DNA from: a virus
DNA: 64,000 bases
Reading direction: 5' to 3' (one strand)
Virus record (IMG/VR): IMGVR_UViG_3300045988_131275
Coordinates: 1-64,000 of that record
The notes under the pieces are model-generated. The model made no database searches, was not told the DNA's origin, and saw only the letters and a list, made by a program, of their open reading frames with translations. The number at the start of each line of letters is the position of its first letter. Positions within the stretch are counted from its first letter, which is position 1. Shown here in pieces: positions 17,865 to 28,586 of this stretch. A program made the position numbers and the translations under genes.

Positions 17865-20800
17865 ATGAATATACATAAATTAAGAATGGACACCTCTGGC
17901 AACGTAGAGGATATTAGTTTTGTTCTCGCTAAGAAAAACGGTGATAAACTTGGCAACATTGTAAACGTGGATAATATTGTTGCAAAACATTCCATGAAAG
18001 AAGCATCAGATATTACATTTGTTGCATATAAGAAAATGAATGATAATATCATTAAATGTTGGAATGACATTAAAGATTTTAAATTGGTTTGGATTCCTGA
18101 GTGGGATATGTGGTATGAAATTACCGTAGAAGTAAATGAAAAAGATGAAAATATCAAGAAAGTTTCTGGTAAGACTTTAGGCGAAGCCGAATTATCTCAA
18201 ATTATGTTATATGGAATTGAGATTAATACTGAAACAGATATCGCCAGAGAAGAATATAAAATACCTACAACATTTTATAATCCAGATCATCCAGAAGCTT
18301 CATTAATGGACAGATTACTTACAGATAAAGCACCGCATTATAAAATTAAACATATTGATAAAAGTTTGATGAGTTTACAGAGAACTTTTACATTTGATGA
18401 TACATCTATTTATGATGCACTTCAAGAAGTTTCAGAAGAACTTGATTGTTTATTTATATTCGGATGTGGTTCTGATGAAAATGGAAAACCAGAAAGAACA
18501 ATTTCTGTATATGATTTGGAAGCAAATTGTGTAGATTGTGAGAATAGAGATACATTTGTTCATAAATGTCCTAAATGTGGAAGCACAAATATCCTATTAG
18601 GATATGGAGAATATACAAATGTATTCATTTCAAGGGATAATCTTGCTGATGAGATTACATATTCTGTTGATACTGATTCTGTAAAGAACTGCATGAAACT
18701 TGAAGCAGGTGATGATTTAATGACCGCTGCTATTCGATCATGTAATCCTAATGGAACAGATTATATCTACTACTTCCCAGATGAAACAAGAGAAGAAATG
18801 TCACCAGAATTGCAAGAAAAATTAAAGTCTTATGATGCCTTATATGAAAAGTATCAATCTGATTATAATTTTACTATAAATGATTCTTTTGTGACAAATT
18901 ATAATTCACTTGTAAATAAATATAAAACTTATGAAGAAAGTTTAAAAGATACAGAGATTAAGAATCCTATTACTGGCTATCCAAAATTGATGCGTATTTA
19001 TTTTGATACAATTGATATGGTGCAACTTTTAAGAAATAAGTTAATGCCACCAGTCGATAAACCAGATAATAACGCAAAATCACAGGGCGAATATTTGATG
19101 GCTAATCTCCCATCTTCTGCTTCTACTACTTCTCTTAAAAATCTTTCTGTGTCTACTGCTGATAATATTATGGTTATGTTGGCACAATCTATTGTCAAAT
19201 GTGTTTTCAAAGTCACAGTTACAAATACTACATTGTCTAATAATGTATGGAAGGGTAAGTTTAACTTAGAGAATTATGCCGATAAAGATGATAAATTTAC
19301 TTCTCAATTTGTATCAATCAGCATTAATGAAAACTATGAGTCATATGTAAAACAACGTATAGATTCTATTCTTGCTCGTTCAGATGAAAATTATTACGAT
19401 ATTGTAGGATTATTCAAACAAGATATGACTGTGTTTAAATCACAGTTGAAAAAGTATTGTTTAAATACTTTACAGATATTTCAAAAGTGCTGTCAATCTT
19501 GTATTGATATGATGGTACAACAAGGAATTTCTTCAAACAGTACATCAAGTATATATGGAATCAATACAAAAGTTCTGTATGAGAATGTGTATATTCCTTA
19601 TTATAATAAGATGAATACAATTCAAGATGAGATTAAAGTACGTGAAGATGAATTGTATACTGTTGAAGGAAAATATAATAATCAAAATCAACTTGTACAA
19701 GATGGTATTCAGATTGAAATTGAAAGAATGATCACAGAAGTACAAGATGCACTGAATTTTAAAAACTACATTGGAATTGATTTATATAAAGAATTTAGTT
19801 CATTTATTCGTATGGATAAGTTTTCTAATGATAATTACATTTCTGATGGACTTAATAATACAGATTTAATGAAAAATGCAATTGAGTTTATTACAGTTGC
19901 TACAAAAGAATTATTTAAGTCTGCTTCTCTCCAACATTCTATTACAGGAACAATTAAGAATTTCTTACGAATGAAAGAATTTGAGCCTGTGACAAATAAC
20001 TTTAAAAATGGTAACTGGATTTGTGTTGGAATTGACGATAAGGTATATCAATTAAGAATTATTGAATATGAAATTGATTTCTCTGACACGCAAAATATTA
20101 GCGTAACATTTTCTGATGTTGTTTCTACACCAAATCAAGTATTCGACATGGAAAGTATTTTAGCAAATTCTTCTAAGATGGCCACTTCTTACAATGGCGT
20201 AACTAGACAGTCTACTATCAACACTAATTTTAAGAATAAAATGAATGAAATGATTGCTAAAGGTTTAAGTATGACCAATACAAAAATCGTTAGCAATGCA
20301 GATAACCAGGATATCACATGGGATGAGCATGGATTGTTATGTCGTGAGTATGATGATATTCTTTCTGACTATACAGATTCACAGTTAAAAATTATTAATC
20401 ATGGAATTTATATCACTGATGATAATTGGAAAACTGCAAGAGCTGGCATAGGTAATTTTATTTATTTTGATCCCAAAGATAAGACTTATAAAGAAAGCTA
20501 TGGTGTTATCGCTGATACTCTTGTGAGTAATTTAATTCTTACAAGTGAAGTAGGTATTTACAATGAAGAAAAGTCTATTGAAATGGCTAAAGATGGAATC
20601 ATTGTAACTACTAATACAATGAACAAAAATGTATTTACAATTCGTAAGGAAATTACAGATGATGAAGGTAATATAACTTATGAAAGGCAGTTATACATTG
20701 ATGATAATGGAAATATTAGATTAGCAGGAAACGCTTCTATCTCATGGGATAGTGTCACAGGGACAGAAAATGTTGTTGTGAAAGATACTCTAAATGAGTT

Positions 20801-23405
20801 TATGGCTACCGTAAAAGAACAGATTGACGGTAAGATTGAAACATTCAGACAATCCACAGATCCATCTGTAAATTGGACTGATGAAGAAAAGAAATCACAT
20901 GAAAACGATTTGTGGTATGACACTACAAATAATGTCGTGAAAATGTGGAATGGTTCTTCGTGGGATAATTTTACGGGTGATGTTCCAGAATCAGTTTGGA
21001 ATGAGATTAATGGTAAAGCACAGATATTTACTGATACCCCAAAAACACCTTATAACAAAGGGGATTTATGGGTTGATGGTAGCGATATTCTTACCTGTAT
21101 GATTTCAAAAACTGATAAAGAAACATATTCTAAAGATGATTGGCAAAAGAAAAACAGCTATACAGACAATTCAGCGTTAAATGAATTTAAGAATAATGTA
21201 GGCTATACTCAAATTAACAGTGAATGGGTAATTTCACCAAATATCAAAGGTGGACATTTAATGATTACTCAGAATGGAAGTCAATATTCTGCTGAGATTA
21301 CACCAGATGGAAAATTAAAGGCTACAGGTGCAGAAATCACAGGTGCAATTACCGCTACTTCTGGTATTTTTACTGACGTAGATATTCAGAGTGGTAAAAT
21401 TGGTGGATTTACGCTTGCAAATAATATATTGTCAAGTAGTTTTTCAACAATTAGCCCATCATTTTTATCATATGGAAGCAATTTTTCTGTTGATTCAAGT
21501 GGAAAGTTAAGTGCGAATGGTGCAACTATTACAGGTGATATTAATGCTACTTCAATTTATGCAAAAGATACATATAATATATATGTTGATGGGAAAAATA
21601 AGGCATCAAAGGTAATATGGTGTGATACGAATGAATATGAATGGAATCCAAGTGCAGGATATGCTGATTTATATATGGGGCATGATGGCAAAGCATGGAT
21701 GGAATTTTTAGATTCATCATATAGTAATTATAAATTTATTCGAAAATCTATTATGGCTTCTCAGTATTTTAATACAAACAATCGCCAAAATAATTACTCT
21801 TCTGTAAATTGTGTTACAGACCAAGATACAACATATATTGAGTTTACAACAATAAGGAACGATATGCCAGCATCTGTTAGACTACAAATTGCTAATGACA
21901 GTGGATTATGTTTTATTCCAGGTGATGTAAATGATAGTGCATTGACTTACGATGAAACAATTAAACTTGGAACAAAAAGTCATAAATGGATGCAAGTTTG
22001 GACAAAAAATCTGTATGCAAACGGAGATACAGTTAGATTCTCTGGAATATCCGCAAAATCTTCAACTAGATATCTTGTTATTGATGACAACGGAAATGTT
22101 GGGTACAGAGATGGCAATAATACCGAAGGTGGCAATGCATCTAGCTATGGTTCTCTCACTAACAAACCACAAATTAATGGACACACTTTAGTAAGTGGAA
22201 ATAATACATTATCTAATTTAGGGATCGCTGCACGATCACATTCCCATTCAAGTTCTGACATTAATTGGAGTACTACATTAGGATATAAAGGATTTGGTCA
22301 TTGCCATACTATGATTTATGATGGTCAAGGATTAAAAGGCATTTCTATTGCGGGTTCTGAATCGCCATCTTATATGGGATTAATTCCATATGATGTTACG
22401 TATACTAACGCCAATAGTATTTCTCTAACTCGTGGTGGAACTATGTATCTTGGCGCAGCTTATAATTCTAATAAATTAACTGCATATCCTTTTGAGTGTG
22501 GATATTTTAAAAATATTAAAGTCTACAAAGGTAGTGGAGATGCAAGCAATATTGACAATTATATTACTCCGTCTGGTGGTGGTTCAATTAGTCTTAAAAT
22601 TGATGGAGCTACACGTAGTTCTGGATTTACGAATTATAACCTTGCAACGCAAGATTGGGTGACTGGTAAAGGATATTTAACTCAGCATCAATCTCTTTAT
22701 GGATATGCTACTACAAGTTGGGTGTCTAACAATTTTGCTCCTAAAGGTTCTGGTGGTGGAACAACGTATTATGGGGGTACAGGTATTACTATTTCTGGAA
22801 ATACTATTTCTGTCGATAGTACTGCTTCTTCTACTCACACACATGATCATTTAACAGGATCGTTTGACGTTACAGTTGGTTCAAATACAATGTTTCCAGA
22901 TGGAGATGGTGTTTATTCATGTGGTAGTAGTGGACATAGATGGAAATATGTTTATGCGTCTAATGGTATAAATACTGGTTCAGATGAGTATATAAAAGAT
23001 GATATTAAAAGTATTAATACTATCTCATCTATTGACAAGTTTTATATGTCATTAAATCCAATTCAGTATAAATTTAAACAACGTCCAAATGATGATGAAA
23101 TACCTAAAATACATTTTGGATTTGGAGCAAGGGAGACAGAAAGACATTTAAAGGAAAATAATTTTGAATCAGGCAATTATAGTATGGTTACAAAATCTAT
23201 TTTAGATAAACCTAACTTTGTTGGACGTACTGATGAATATTCAATGAATTATCTTGAATTTATTTCTCTCAACACTCATATGACTCAAAAAGCCCATCAC
23301 CGTATTGACTCCCTCGCAGAAGAAAACCAAAAACTCAAAAACACTATTCTCTCATTACAAGGAGAAATTTTAATTATAAAACAAAAATTGGAGGAATTGA
23401 TATGA
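17865..23405 (+). CDS. Tail-associated lysin-like (Tal) / tail fibre protein, 1,846 aa
   Basis: Follows Dit. Very large, with beta-rich repeats and an inserted CxxC...CxxC ribbon (CVDCENRDTFVHKCPKCGS). Carries a C-terminal auto-cleaving chaperone module. Confidence 0.7.
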   Translation: MNIHKLRMDTSGNVEDISFVLAKKNGDKLGNIVNVDNIVAKHSMKEASDITFVAYKKMNDNIIKCWNDIKDFKLVWIPEWDMWYEITVEVNEKDENIKKVSGKTLGEAELSQIMLYGIEINTETDIAREEYKIPTTFYNPDHPEASLMDRLLTDKAPHYKIKHIDKSLMSLQRTFTFDDTSIYDALQEVSEELDCLFIFGCGSDENGKPERTISVYDLEANCVDCENRDTFVHKCPKCGSTNILLGYGEYTNVFISRDNLADEITYSVDTDSVKNCMKLEAGDDLMTAAIRSCNPNGTDYIYYFPDETREEMSPELQEKLKSYDALYEKYQSDYNFTINDSFVTNYNSLVNKYKTYEESLKDTEIKNPITGYPKLMRIYFDTIDMVQLLRNKLMPPVDKPDNNAKSQGEYLMANLPSSASTTSLKNLSVSTADNIMVMLAQSIVKCVFKVTVTNTTLSNNVWKGKFNLENYADKDDKFTSQFVSISINENYESYVKQRIDSILARSDENYYDIVGLFKQDMTVFKSQLKKYCLNTLQIFQKCCQSCIDMMVQQGISSNSTSSIYGINTKVLYENVYIPYYNKMNTIQDEIKVREDELYTVEGKYNNQNQLVQDGIQIEIERMITEVQDALNFKNYIGIDLYKEFSSFIRMDKFSNDNYISDGLNNTDLMKNAIEFITVATKELFKSASLQHSITGTIKNFLRMKEFEPVTNNFKNGNWICVGIDDKVYQLRIIEYEIDFSDTQNISVTFSDVVSTPNQVFDMESILANSSKMATSYNGVTRQSTINTNFKNKMNEMIAKGLSMTNTKIVSNADNQDITWDEHGLLCREYDDILSDYTDSQLKIINHGIYITDDNWKTARAGIGNFIYFDPKDKTYKESYGVIADTLVSNLILTSEVGIYNEEKSIEMAKDGIIVTTNTMNKNVFTIRKEITDDEGNITYERQLYIDDNGNIRLAGNASISWDSVTGTENVVVKDTLNEFMATVKEQIDGKIETFRQSTDPSVNWTDEEKKSHENDLWYDTTNNVVKMWNGSSWDNFTGDVPESVWNEINGKAQIFTDTPKTPYNKGDLWVDGSDILTCMISKTDKETYSKDDWQKKNSYTDNSALNEFKNNVGYTQINSEWVISPNIKGGHLMITQNGSQYSAEITPDGKLKATGAEITGAITATSGIFTDVDIQSGKIGGFTLANNILSSSFSTISPSFLSYGSNFSVDSSGKLSANGATITGDINATSIYAKDTYNIYVDGKNKASKVIWCDTNEYEWNPSAGYADLYMGHDGKAWMEFLDSSYSNYKFIRKSIMASQYFNTNNRQNNYSSVNCVTDQDTTYIEFTTIRNDMPASVRLQIANDSGLCFIPGDVNDSALTYDETIKLGTKSHKWMQVWTKNLYANGDTVRFSGISAKSSTRYLVIDDNGNVGYRDGNNTEGGNASSYGSLTNKPQINGHTLVSGNNTLSNLGIAARSHSHSSSDINWSTTLGYKGFGHCHTMIYDGQGLKGISIAGSESPSYMGLIPYDVTYTNANSISLTRGGTMYLGAAYNSNKLTAYPFECGYFKNIKVYKGSGDASNIDNYITPSGGGSISLKIDGATRSSGFTNYNLATQDWVTGKGYLTQHQSLYGYATTSWVSNNFAPKGSGGGTTYYGGTGITISGNTISVDSTASSTHTHDHLTGSFDVTVGSNTMFPDGDGVYSCGSSGHRWKYVYASNGINTGSDEYIKDDIKSINTISSIDKFYMSLNPIQYKFKQRPNDDEIPKIHFGFGARETERHLKENNFESGNYSMVTKSILDKPNFVGRTDEYSMNYLEFISLNTHMTQKAHHRIDSLAEENQKLKNTILSLQGEILIIKQKLEELI
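22980..23402 (+). other. Intramolecular chaperone auto-processing (peptidase S74-like) domain of the fibre protein
   Basis: TG-SDEYIKDDIKSI...NPIQYKFK...HFGFGARETERHL...YSMNYLEFISLNTHMTQKAHHRIDSLAEENQKLK matches the motif order of endosialidase/tail-fibre chaperone domains. Confidence 0.65.
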
Positions 23406-23632
23406 TTAAAATTAATACAACAACTAATGTAAGTGCAAATATTTATGTCGGAGAAGCAGAAAATCAAAAGAATGTAGCTTATGCAAACGCATCTGTAAGT
23501 AAAAATGGTGACGTTTCTATTAACAAATCCATTCAAGATGGTGAAGCATTTAAAGCTAATAAAGAATCAGTTTTGAAAGACTTTACGGAGTTTGAAACAT
23601 ATGTATATAGCTTAGTAGATACTGCTAAATAG
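23402..23632 (+). CDS. Hypothetical protein (76 aa)
   Basis: ATGA overlap with the fibre gene. ORF track only. Confidence 0.5.
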   Translation: MIKINTTTNVSANIYVGEAENQKNVAYANASVSKNGDVSINKSIQDGEAFKANKESVLKDFTEFETYVYSLVDTAK

Positions 23633-23655
23633 AATATAATCACATAAATTATTGC

Positions 23656-23695
23656 AACAGACTATGGATTAATTTCTGTAGTCTGTTTTATTTTG
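23656..23695 (+). terminator. Intrinsic terminator
   Basis: Stem AACAGACTA/TAGTCTGTT followed by a T-rich run. Confidence 0.65.
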
Positions 23696-23720
23696 TACAG
23701 AATCAAGGAGAAGAAAATAT

Positions 23721-24149
23721 ATGAAATATAGAAATATTGAAATCATTAATGTAATTAACTTTCTGAACAAATTTGGCGATATGAAATTACCTGCAAAAAT
23801 TAGCTTCGCTATTATCAAGAATCAGAACTATTTCAATAAGGAATACAAAGATTATACTGACGCATTAAAAAAAGTATATGAATCTTATTCAGACCACTTT
23901 AAGAAAGATAAAGAAGGACAAGTTGTTGTAAATAAATCTGGTATTCCAGAGCTTGATGATAAAGATGTTGCTAATAAGATGTATGAGGAAATCAATGATT
24001 TACTCTCTCTTGAGGTTGAAGTAGAAAGATTTTACATTGATGAGTCTACATTCGACTATGATGATTCAAAATATGATGTATTAACTCCAAAGGATATGTT
24101 TGCCTTAATGGACTTCTTATGTCGTAAAGATGAGGATAAAACAGAATGA
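23721..24149 (+). CDS. Hypothetical protein (142 aa)
   Basis: ORF track; SD present. No motif recognised. Confidence 0.5.
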   Translation: MKYRNIEIINVINFLNKFGDMKLPAKISFAIIKNQNYFNKEYKDYTDALKKVYESYSDHFKKDKEGQVVVNKSGIPELDDKDVANKMYEEINDLLSLEVEVERFYIDESTFDYDDSKYDVLTPKDMFALMDFLCRKDEDKTE

Positions 24150-24526
24150 CAGAACAAGAATATAAACAGAAAGAAGCAAAAATAAAAGAACGTAATAAAA
24201 ATATTACGATGAAACGGAAACTTCATCGGATGAAAAAGAGTAGATTCAAATTCAAAAAAATACGGACGAGTAAAAAAGTTCTCTGGACAATCATTGTGAT
24301 TTGTTTAGAGATTTTATTTTTCTCTGAATATATGGCGTTAAAAACTGAGGACACAAGTTTTATGTATGCGCTTATTGGTGTAGCTACTACTCTCATACCT
24401 ACTGCGTTAGGTTATTTCAAAATGAGTGATAATGAGCATAAACGTGGTCAATTTGAAATGCCATTAAATGAAGACTACTCTCCCACCGTTAATGAACAAA
24501 CTGACAGCAATAATGCTGTTGGATAA
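24146..24526 (+). CDS. Hypothetical membrane protein (Lys-rich N-terminus, 2 predicted TM helices)
   Basis: ATGA overlap with the upstream ORF. VLWTIIVICLEILFFSEYMAL and FMYALIGVATTLIPTALGYF. Confidence 0.5.
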   Translation: MTEQEYKQKEAKIKERNKNITMKRKLHRMKKSRFKFKKIRTSKKVLWTIIVICLEILFFSEYMALKTEDTSFMYALIGVATTLIPTALGYFKMSDNEHKRGQFEMPLNEDYSPTVNEQTDSNNAVG

Positions 24527-24549
24527 TAAATAATACAAGGAGGACTCGT

Positions 24550-24954
24550 ATGAATATTTTAAATGGTATTAAAAACTTCTTATCTTTAATCAATGATAAT
24601 TGGACTACAATCTTAGTTATTATTGGTTTGGCTTTAGCTTTATGGAAGAAAATCGAATCATATTCAAAACTTTCCACAGACAAGAAAATTGAAATTGCAA
24701 AGAAGCAGATTTCCGAAAATATCTTAAAGTTGATCACACAAGCGGAAAAAGATTATGCTGAATGGGAAAAGGCAGGAAGTATCAAGCGTAGTGAAGTAAT
24801 CAGTGAGATTTATAAGGAATATCCTATTCTTGCAAAAGTCGTAAATCAAGAGGAACTTGTTAAATGGATTGATGAACAAATTGATAATGCGCTCCCAACA
24901 TTAAGGGATATTATTAAACAGAATGAAAAAGATAAAACAGACGTAGGGAAGTAA
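24550..24954 (+). CDS. Hypothetical protein with N-terminal TM helix
   Basis: AGGAGG SD. WTTILVIIGLALALW. Confidence 0.5.
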   Translation: MNILNGIKNFLSLINDNWTTILVIIGLALALWKKIESYSKLSTDKKIEIAKKQISENILKLITQAEKDYAEWEKAGSIKRSEVISEIYKEYPILAKVVNQEELVKWIDEQIDNALPTLRDIIKQNEKDKTDVGK

Positions 24955-24966
24955 TGAGGTATAATC

Positions 24967-25800
24967 ATGGAAAAATTCGCAAACAGAGATTGTTGTGATG
25001 TTGAAATTCGTGATTACTATTCTAACGCTCCTGTTATGTTTATAGATTTTTGTAATACAAACAGTATTGAATTAACATCTGATTCTATATATGCGAAACG
25101 TAATGGCATTAAGTACATAAAATTTGATTCTCCTCTTGAAGGAACAATTACTATTACGTTTCAAGCACATCCGTTTTATGTATACTCAATGCTAAATGGA
25201 AATGACATTAAAGATAGTGCAATAGTCATGCGTAGGGAAGAAATTATTGCAAATAGAAATGGTGAATTAGATTTAGAATATACTCCTATTTCTGGAACAA
25301 TTTATGTCAATAGCGAAGAAAATTTCTTAAATGAAGAAGTTTCTGGAACAGTTGTGGATAAAATATTCGCTTCAAAGGATATCAAAAAAGGCATAAAATA
25401 TTGTGTTACCTATCTTGAAAATAAGAATTATGGCATTAAGAAAATTTCTTTTAATAATTCAAACTTATCTCGTGCTTATCACATTCAGATGATTACCACA
25501 AATAAAAATGAATATGGTGAATATATTCCTATTAGGTTGATTGCTTATAAGGCAATTCCAAAGCGTGAAATGGAATTATCTTTTGCATCAGATGGTGAAC
25601 CTATGGAAATCTCAATGTCATTTGAATGTTTCGAAAACGAAGATGGAGATGTGTTAAGTATTGCGGAAGTATACGATTTAGATGGCACAGAAATTACTGA
25701 TGCAATTTGGATCAATATGGAAACAGGAATGTTGGAAACAACATCAAAGAAATATGTAACGAATAAACAAGGCGTACTCTTCTATCAGAGCAACGCCTAA
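24967..25800 (+). CDS. Hypothetical tail/baseplate-region protein
   Basis: ORF track. Located in the fibre gene cluster. No motif recognised. Confidence 0.5.
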   Translation: MEKFANRDCCDVEIRDYYSNAPVMFIDFCNTNSIELTSDSIYAKRNGIKYIKFDSPLEGTITITFQAHPFYVYSMLNGNDIKDSAIVMRREEIIANRNGELDLEYTPISGTIYVNSEENFLNEEVSGTVVDKIFASKDIKKGIKYCVTYLENKNYGIKKISFNNSNLSRAYHIQMITTNKNEYGEYIPIRLIAYKAIPKREMELSFASDGEPMEISMSFECFENEDGDVLSIAEVYDLDGTEITDAIWINMETGMLETTSKKYVTNKQGVLFYQSNA

Positions 25801-25822
25801 TTTTTATATATAGGAGAAAATT

Positions 25823-27307
25823 ATGGCTGAAATAAGTTTAGGTAAAGTATTTATGACACCAAAAGGTGTTTGGGACAGTACAAAGCAGTATCAATCTCTT
25901 GATATTGTAATGGTTAGAGGTGCTACATCTTCTACGGGATATATCTCTACCGATGTTATTCCTGCAAATACGCCAATTAATGATAAAAGATGGAAAGTTC
26001 TTTTTACTGTAAATGATGGCGAAGCTACCGCTGATTTTAATAACAAAGTAAATAAGGTAGACGCAAATAAAAAAGCAATTGATATGATTTATGCAGAGTT
26101 ACAAAAGATGTACGGAGTTCAGATTAGCGATACTGAACCTACAGAGGAACGTACAGGAATTTGGGTAGACACAAGTTCAACTGAGACTTTTAGTGTTCCA
26201 GAGATTAAAGATAACGTAGTTAACACTACTGATACATGGAGCAGTCAAAAAATCAATCAGATGGTAAGCGTTGATTCTTATGCTACCAAGAGTGATGCTT
26301 GTGCGGATGATGATAGACTTGCTATTTATGATTCTGTAAGTAAGACTCAAAAAAAAGTACTGTTTGGTGGTGGAGTCTGGAATTGGATTGTTAATAAATT
26401 GACTAATGCAGTTATAAACAATTTGCAGACAAATAATAAGACCGTGTTGGGTGCGATTAATGAATTAAATAGTAAGAGCTACCACAATATTCCACGCCTT
26501 GTTCCGAAAGATATTACTGCATATTACAAAGATGGCTCACTTTGGAAGCGTCTTGAAGGAACGGGCGATTATTCCTTATATCAAGATATCTATGTCGGAG
26601 ATTATTTTCAAATGTCACGAGTGATTTCTGCGAAGAATCCTGACTCCACACAGCAAACAAACGGAACAGACTGGGTGACAATCGCATCTATTGGCGGGTT
26701 GGCTCATAACGGTGACAACATAGACTTAACACCAAACCATCTTGTTATGGTTCCTGGAAAAGGATTTGGTGGCACACAGCATTTCGGAAAAAGTCGCATG
26801 AATCCAACAAGCACAACTGATGGTGGCTATAAAGCGTCTGAAATGAACACAAAAGTGTTAGGTGCTATTGCTACTGCTGGCTCTACCGCTGCTGATGCAA
26901 CAATTAATCAGCAGTTATATGCAGAGTTTGGTACTCACCTGAAGAAAACGAGAGAGTTAATTACAAACAAAATCAATGCTACTGGAATAGACAGATACGG
27001 CAGTAACAATGGTTGCTCTAGCGGATGGGAATGGACTGATGTACAGGCAATTCTTATGAGCGAGGTTGAGCTTTATGGCTCTACTGTTTGGTCGTCTTCC
27101 GGATGGGATACTGGAAGTGCAAACCATCAGTTTGAATTATTTGCTAACTCAAAATCTGCGATTAATAACCGTTCAGCTTGGTACTGGATGAAAGATGTAG
27201 CGTCTGCGTCTGAGTTCTGCACTTGCGGCGGCGATGGTCGTTCCGGCCATAACGACGCTTCTAGTGCGAGCTCCTATGTGCGTCTTCGCTTCGTAATCGC
27301 AGCGTAG
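25823..27307 (+). CDS. Tail fibre / receptor-binding protein with C-terminal lectin-like head paralogous to the DGR target
   Basis: The C-terminal ~260 aa align by eye with ORF 29353..30246 (TTDGGYKASEMNTKVLG / TTEGGYVGSKMYKSGLD; WYWMKDV / WYWLRAV; ...SYVRLRF / ...GGVRPCF). Confidence 0.7.
   Translation: MAEISLGKVFMTPKGVWDSTKQYQSLDIVMVRGATSSTGYISTDVIPANTPINDKRWKVLFTVNDGEATADFNNKVNKVDANKKAIDMIYAELQKMYGVQISDTEPTEERTGIWVDTSSTETFSVPEIKDNVVNTTDTWSSQKINQMVSVDSYATKSDACADDDRLAIYDSVSKTQKKVLFGGGVWNWIVNKLTNAVINNLQTNNKTVLGAINELNSKSYHNIPRLVPKDITAYYKDGSLWKRLEGTGDYSLYQDIYVGDYFQMSRVISAKNPDSTQQTNGTDWVTIASIGGLAHNGDNIDLTPNHLVMVPGKGFGGTQHFGKSRMNPTSTTDGGYKASEMNTKVLGAIATAGSTAADATINQQLYAEFGTHLKKTRELITNKINATGIDRYGSNNGCSSGWEWTDVQAILMSEVELYGSTVWSSSGWDTGSANHQFELFANSKSAINNRSAWYWMKDVASASEFCTCGGDGRSGHNDASSASSYVRLRFVIAA
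27194..27292 (+). repeat. Degenerate VR-like segment (not matched to the TR)
   Basis: Aligns codon for codon with the TR and VR but differs from the TR at many non-adenine positions. It also lacks the GGGGTGCGCCC stretch and the GC hairpin. Confidence 0.5.
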
Positions 27308-27362
27308 CGAATCTGAAATCTCTTCCCATTTAATTCATTAAAAATAAATTCAATATAAACAG

Positions 27363-27411
27363 AGAAATACCTTCTTGAAGACAATTATTTATCTCTCAGG
27401 GAGGTATTTCT
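27363..27411 (+). promoter_or_regulatory. Hairpin that can sequester the SD of the tyrosine recombinase gene
   Basis: Perfect 10-nt inverted repeat AGAAATACCT (27363-27372) / AGGTATTTCT (27402-27411). The 3' arm overlaps GGGAGG (27399-27404) and abuts ATG 27412. Confidence 0.4.
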
Positions 27412-28410
27412 ATGACAGAAATTGAAAAAATTCAGAACAATATCATTGAAAAAATGGCAACTTTGTTAAACAATGAACAATTAATTCAGTTAGAAAATGT
27501 TCTTTCTATTGAATTTCATGGTATTGAAGTTAAAGAAGAATGTACACAACTTGTAACATCAGAACGTCATTGGACTAAAACCTTGAAACTGTTTATTGCA
27601 AGTAAGCGTGTTGAGAATTGCGCAGAGGGTACGTTACAACGCTATCAAGATTGCGTGACAAGGTTGGTTACGACTTTGAATAAGCGATTAGAAGATATTA
27701 CGACAAATGATGTACGCTACTATCTCGCTATGTATCAAGAACAAAGAGGAATTTCTATTTCATATATGGACACAATCCGAAGATATTTACATAGTTTCTT
27801 TGAGTGGTTAGCGGATGAAGAATATATATCTCGCAATCCATTGAGAAAGTTAAGGAAAATAAAGGTTCCGCAGACTATTAAGAAGCCTTTTACTTCTGCG
27901 GAAATGGAGCATCTAAGATGTAGCGCAAAATGCCAAAGAGATATTGCGATTATGGAATTTCTATATTCTACGGCAGGAAGAATTGGAGAAGTTGTAAGAC
28001 TGAACAAATCAGATATAGACTGGAATAATAAGGAAGTTATTATATACGGTGAAAAAGGAAAACGTGAACGAAAAGTATATTTGACGGATGAATGTATTTA
28101 TCATCTACAGAAATATTTGAAAACCAGAGAGGATAATAATGAAGCGTTATTTGTGAGCAATAAGCAACCTTATACTAGATTAAGCAAACAAGCTATACAA
28201 TCTATGCTTAGAGGACTAGGAAATGAAACGGGCATTCATGTACACCCACATAAGTTTAGAAGAACCTTACTAAGTGATGCAGGTAAGAAAGGAATACCGC
28301 TACAAGAGATACAAGTATATGCAGGGCATAAGAAACCAGATACTACAATGATGTATGTAACGGTTAGTGAAGAAAATGTAAAAGCTTCTTTTAGACGTTA
28401 TATTTCATAA
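27412..28410 (+). CDS. Tyrosine site-specific recombinase (XerC/D / phage-integrase family)
   Basis: Catalytic signature is readable: R in STAGRIGEV, HxxR in HPHKFRRT, H in YAGHKKPDTT and Y in TMMYV. N-terminal SAM-like core-binding region. Confidence 0.85.
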   Translation: MTEIEKIQNNIIEKMATLLNNEQLIQLENVLSIEFHGIEVKEECTQLVTSERHWTKTLKLFIASKRVENCAEGTLQRYQDCVTRLVTTLNKRLEDITTNDVRYYLAMYQEQRGISISYMDTIRRYLHSFFEWLADEEYISRNPLRKLRKIKVPQTIKKPFTSAEMEHLRCSAKCQRDIAIMEFLYSTAGRIGEVVRLNKSDIDWNNKEVIIYGEKGKRERKVYLTDECIYHLQKYLKTREDNNEALFVSNKQPYTRLSKQAIQSMLRGLGNETGIHVHPHKFRRTLLSDAGKKGIPLQEIQVYAGHKKPDTTMMYVTVSEENVKASFRRYIS

Positions 28411-28462
28411 TGATAGACTAAATTATATGGTGTTTTGAGACTGTCAGGAATGGTGGTCTATT

Positions 28463-28519
28463 TGTTATGTTTATTTTTAATAATAATATGTGAATTATTT
28501 ATCAGAAATAAACATAACA
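28463..28519. terminator. 14-bp perfect inverted repeat between convergent genes (probable bidirectional terminator)
   Basis: TGTTATGTTTATTT (28463-28476) / AAATAAACATAACA (28506-28519), 29-nt spacer, AT-rich. Confidence 0.45.
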
Positions 28520-28586
28520 TGATTTTGTATTGAGTTAGAGTAAATGGGAAGACCAAGAATTATCTACCGTTAATCGACCATATTAT

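Noticed and set aside
27194-27292. Second active VR for the same TR
   Set aside because: Many mismatches to the TR fall on non-adenine positions. There is a codon insertion, and the IMH-like GC stretch and downstream hairpin are missing.
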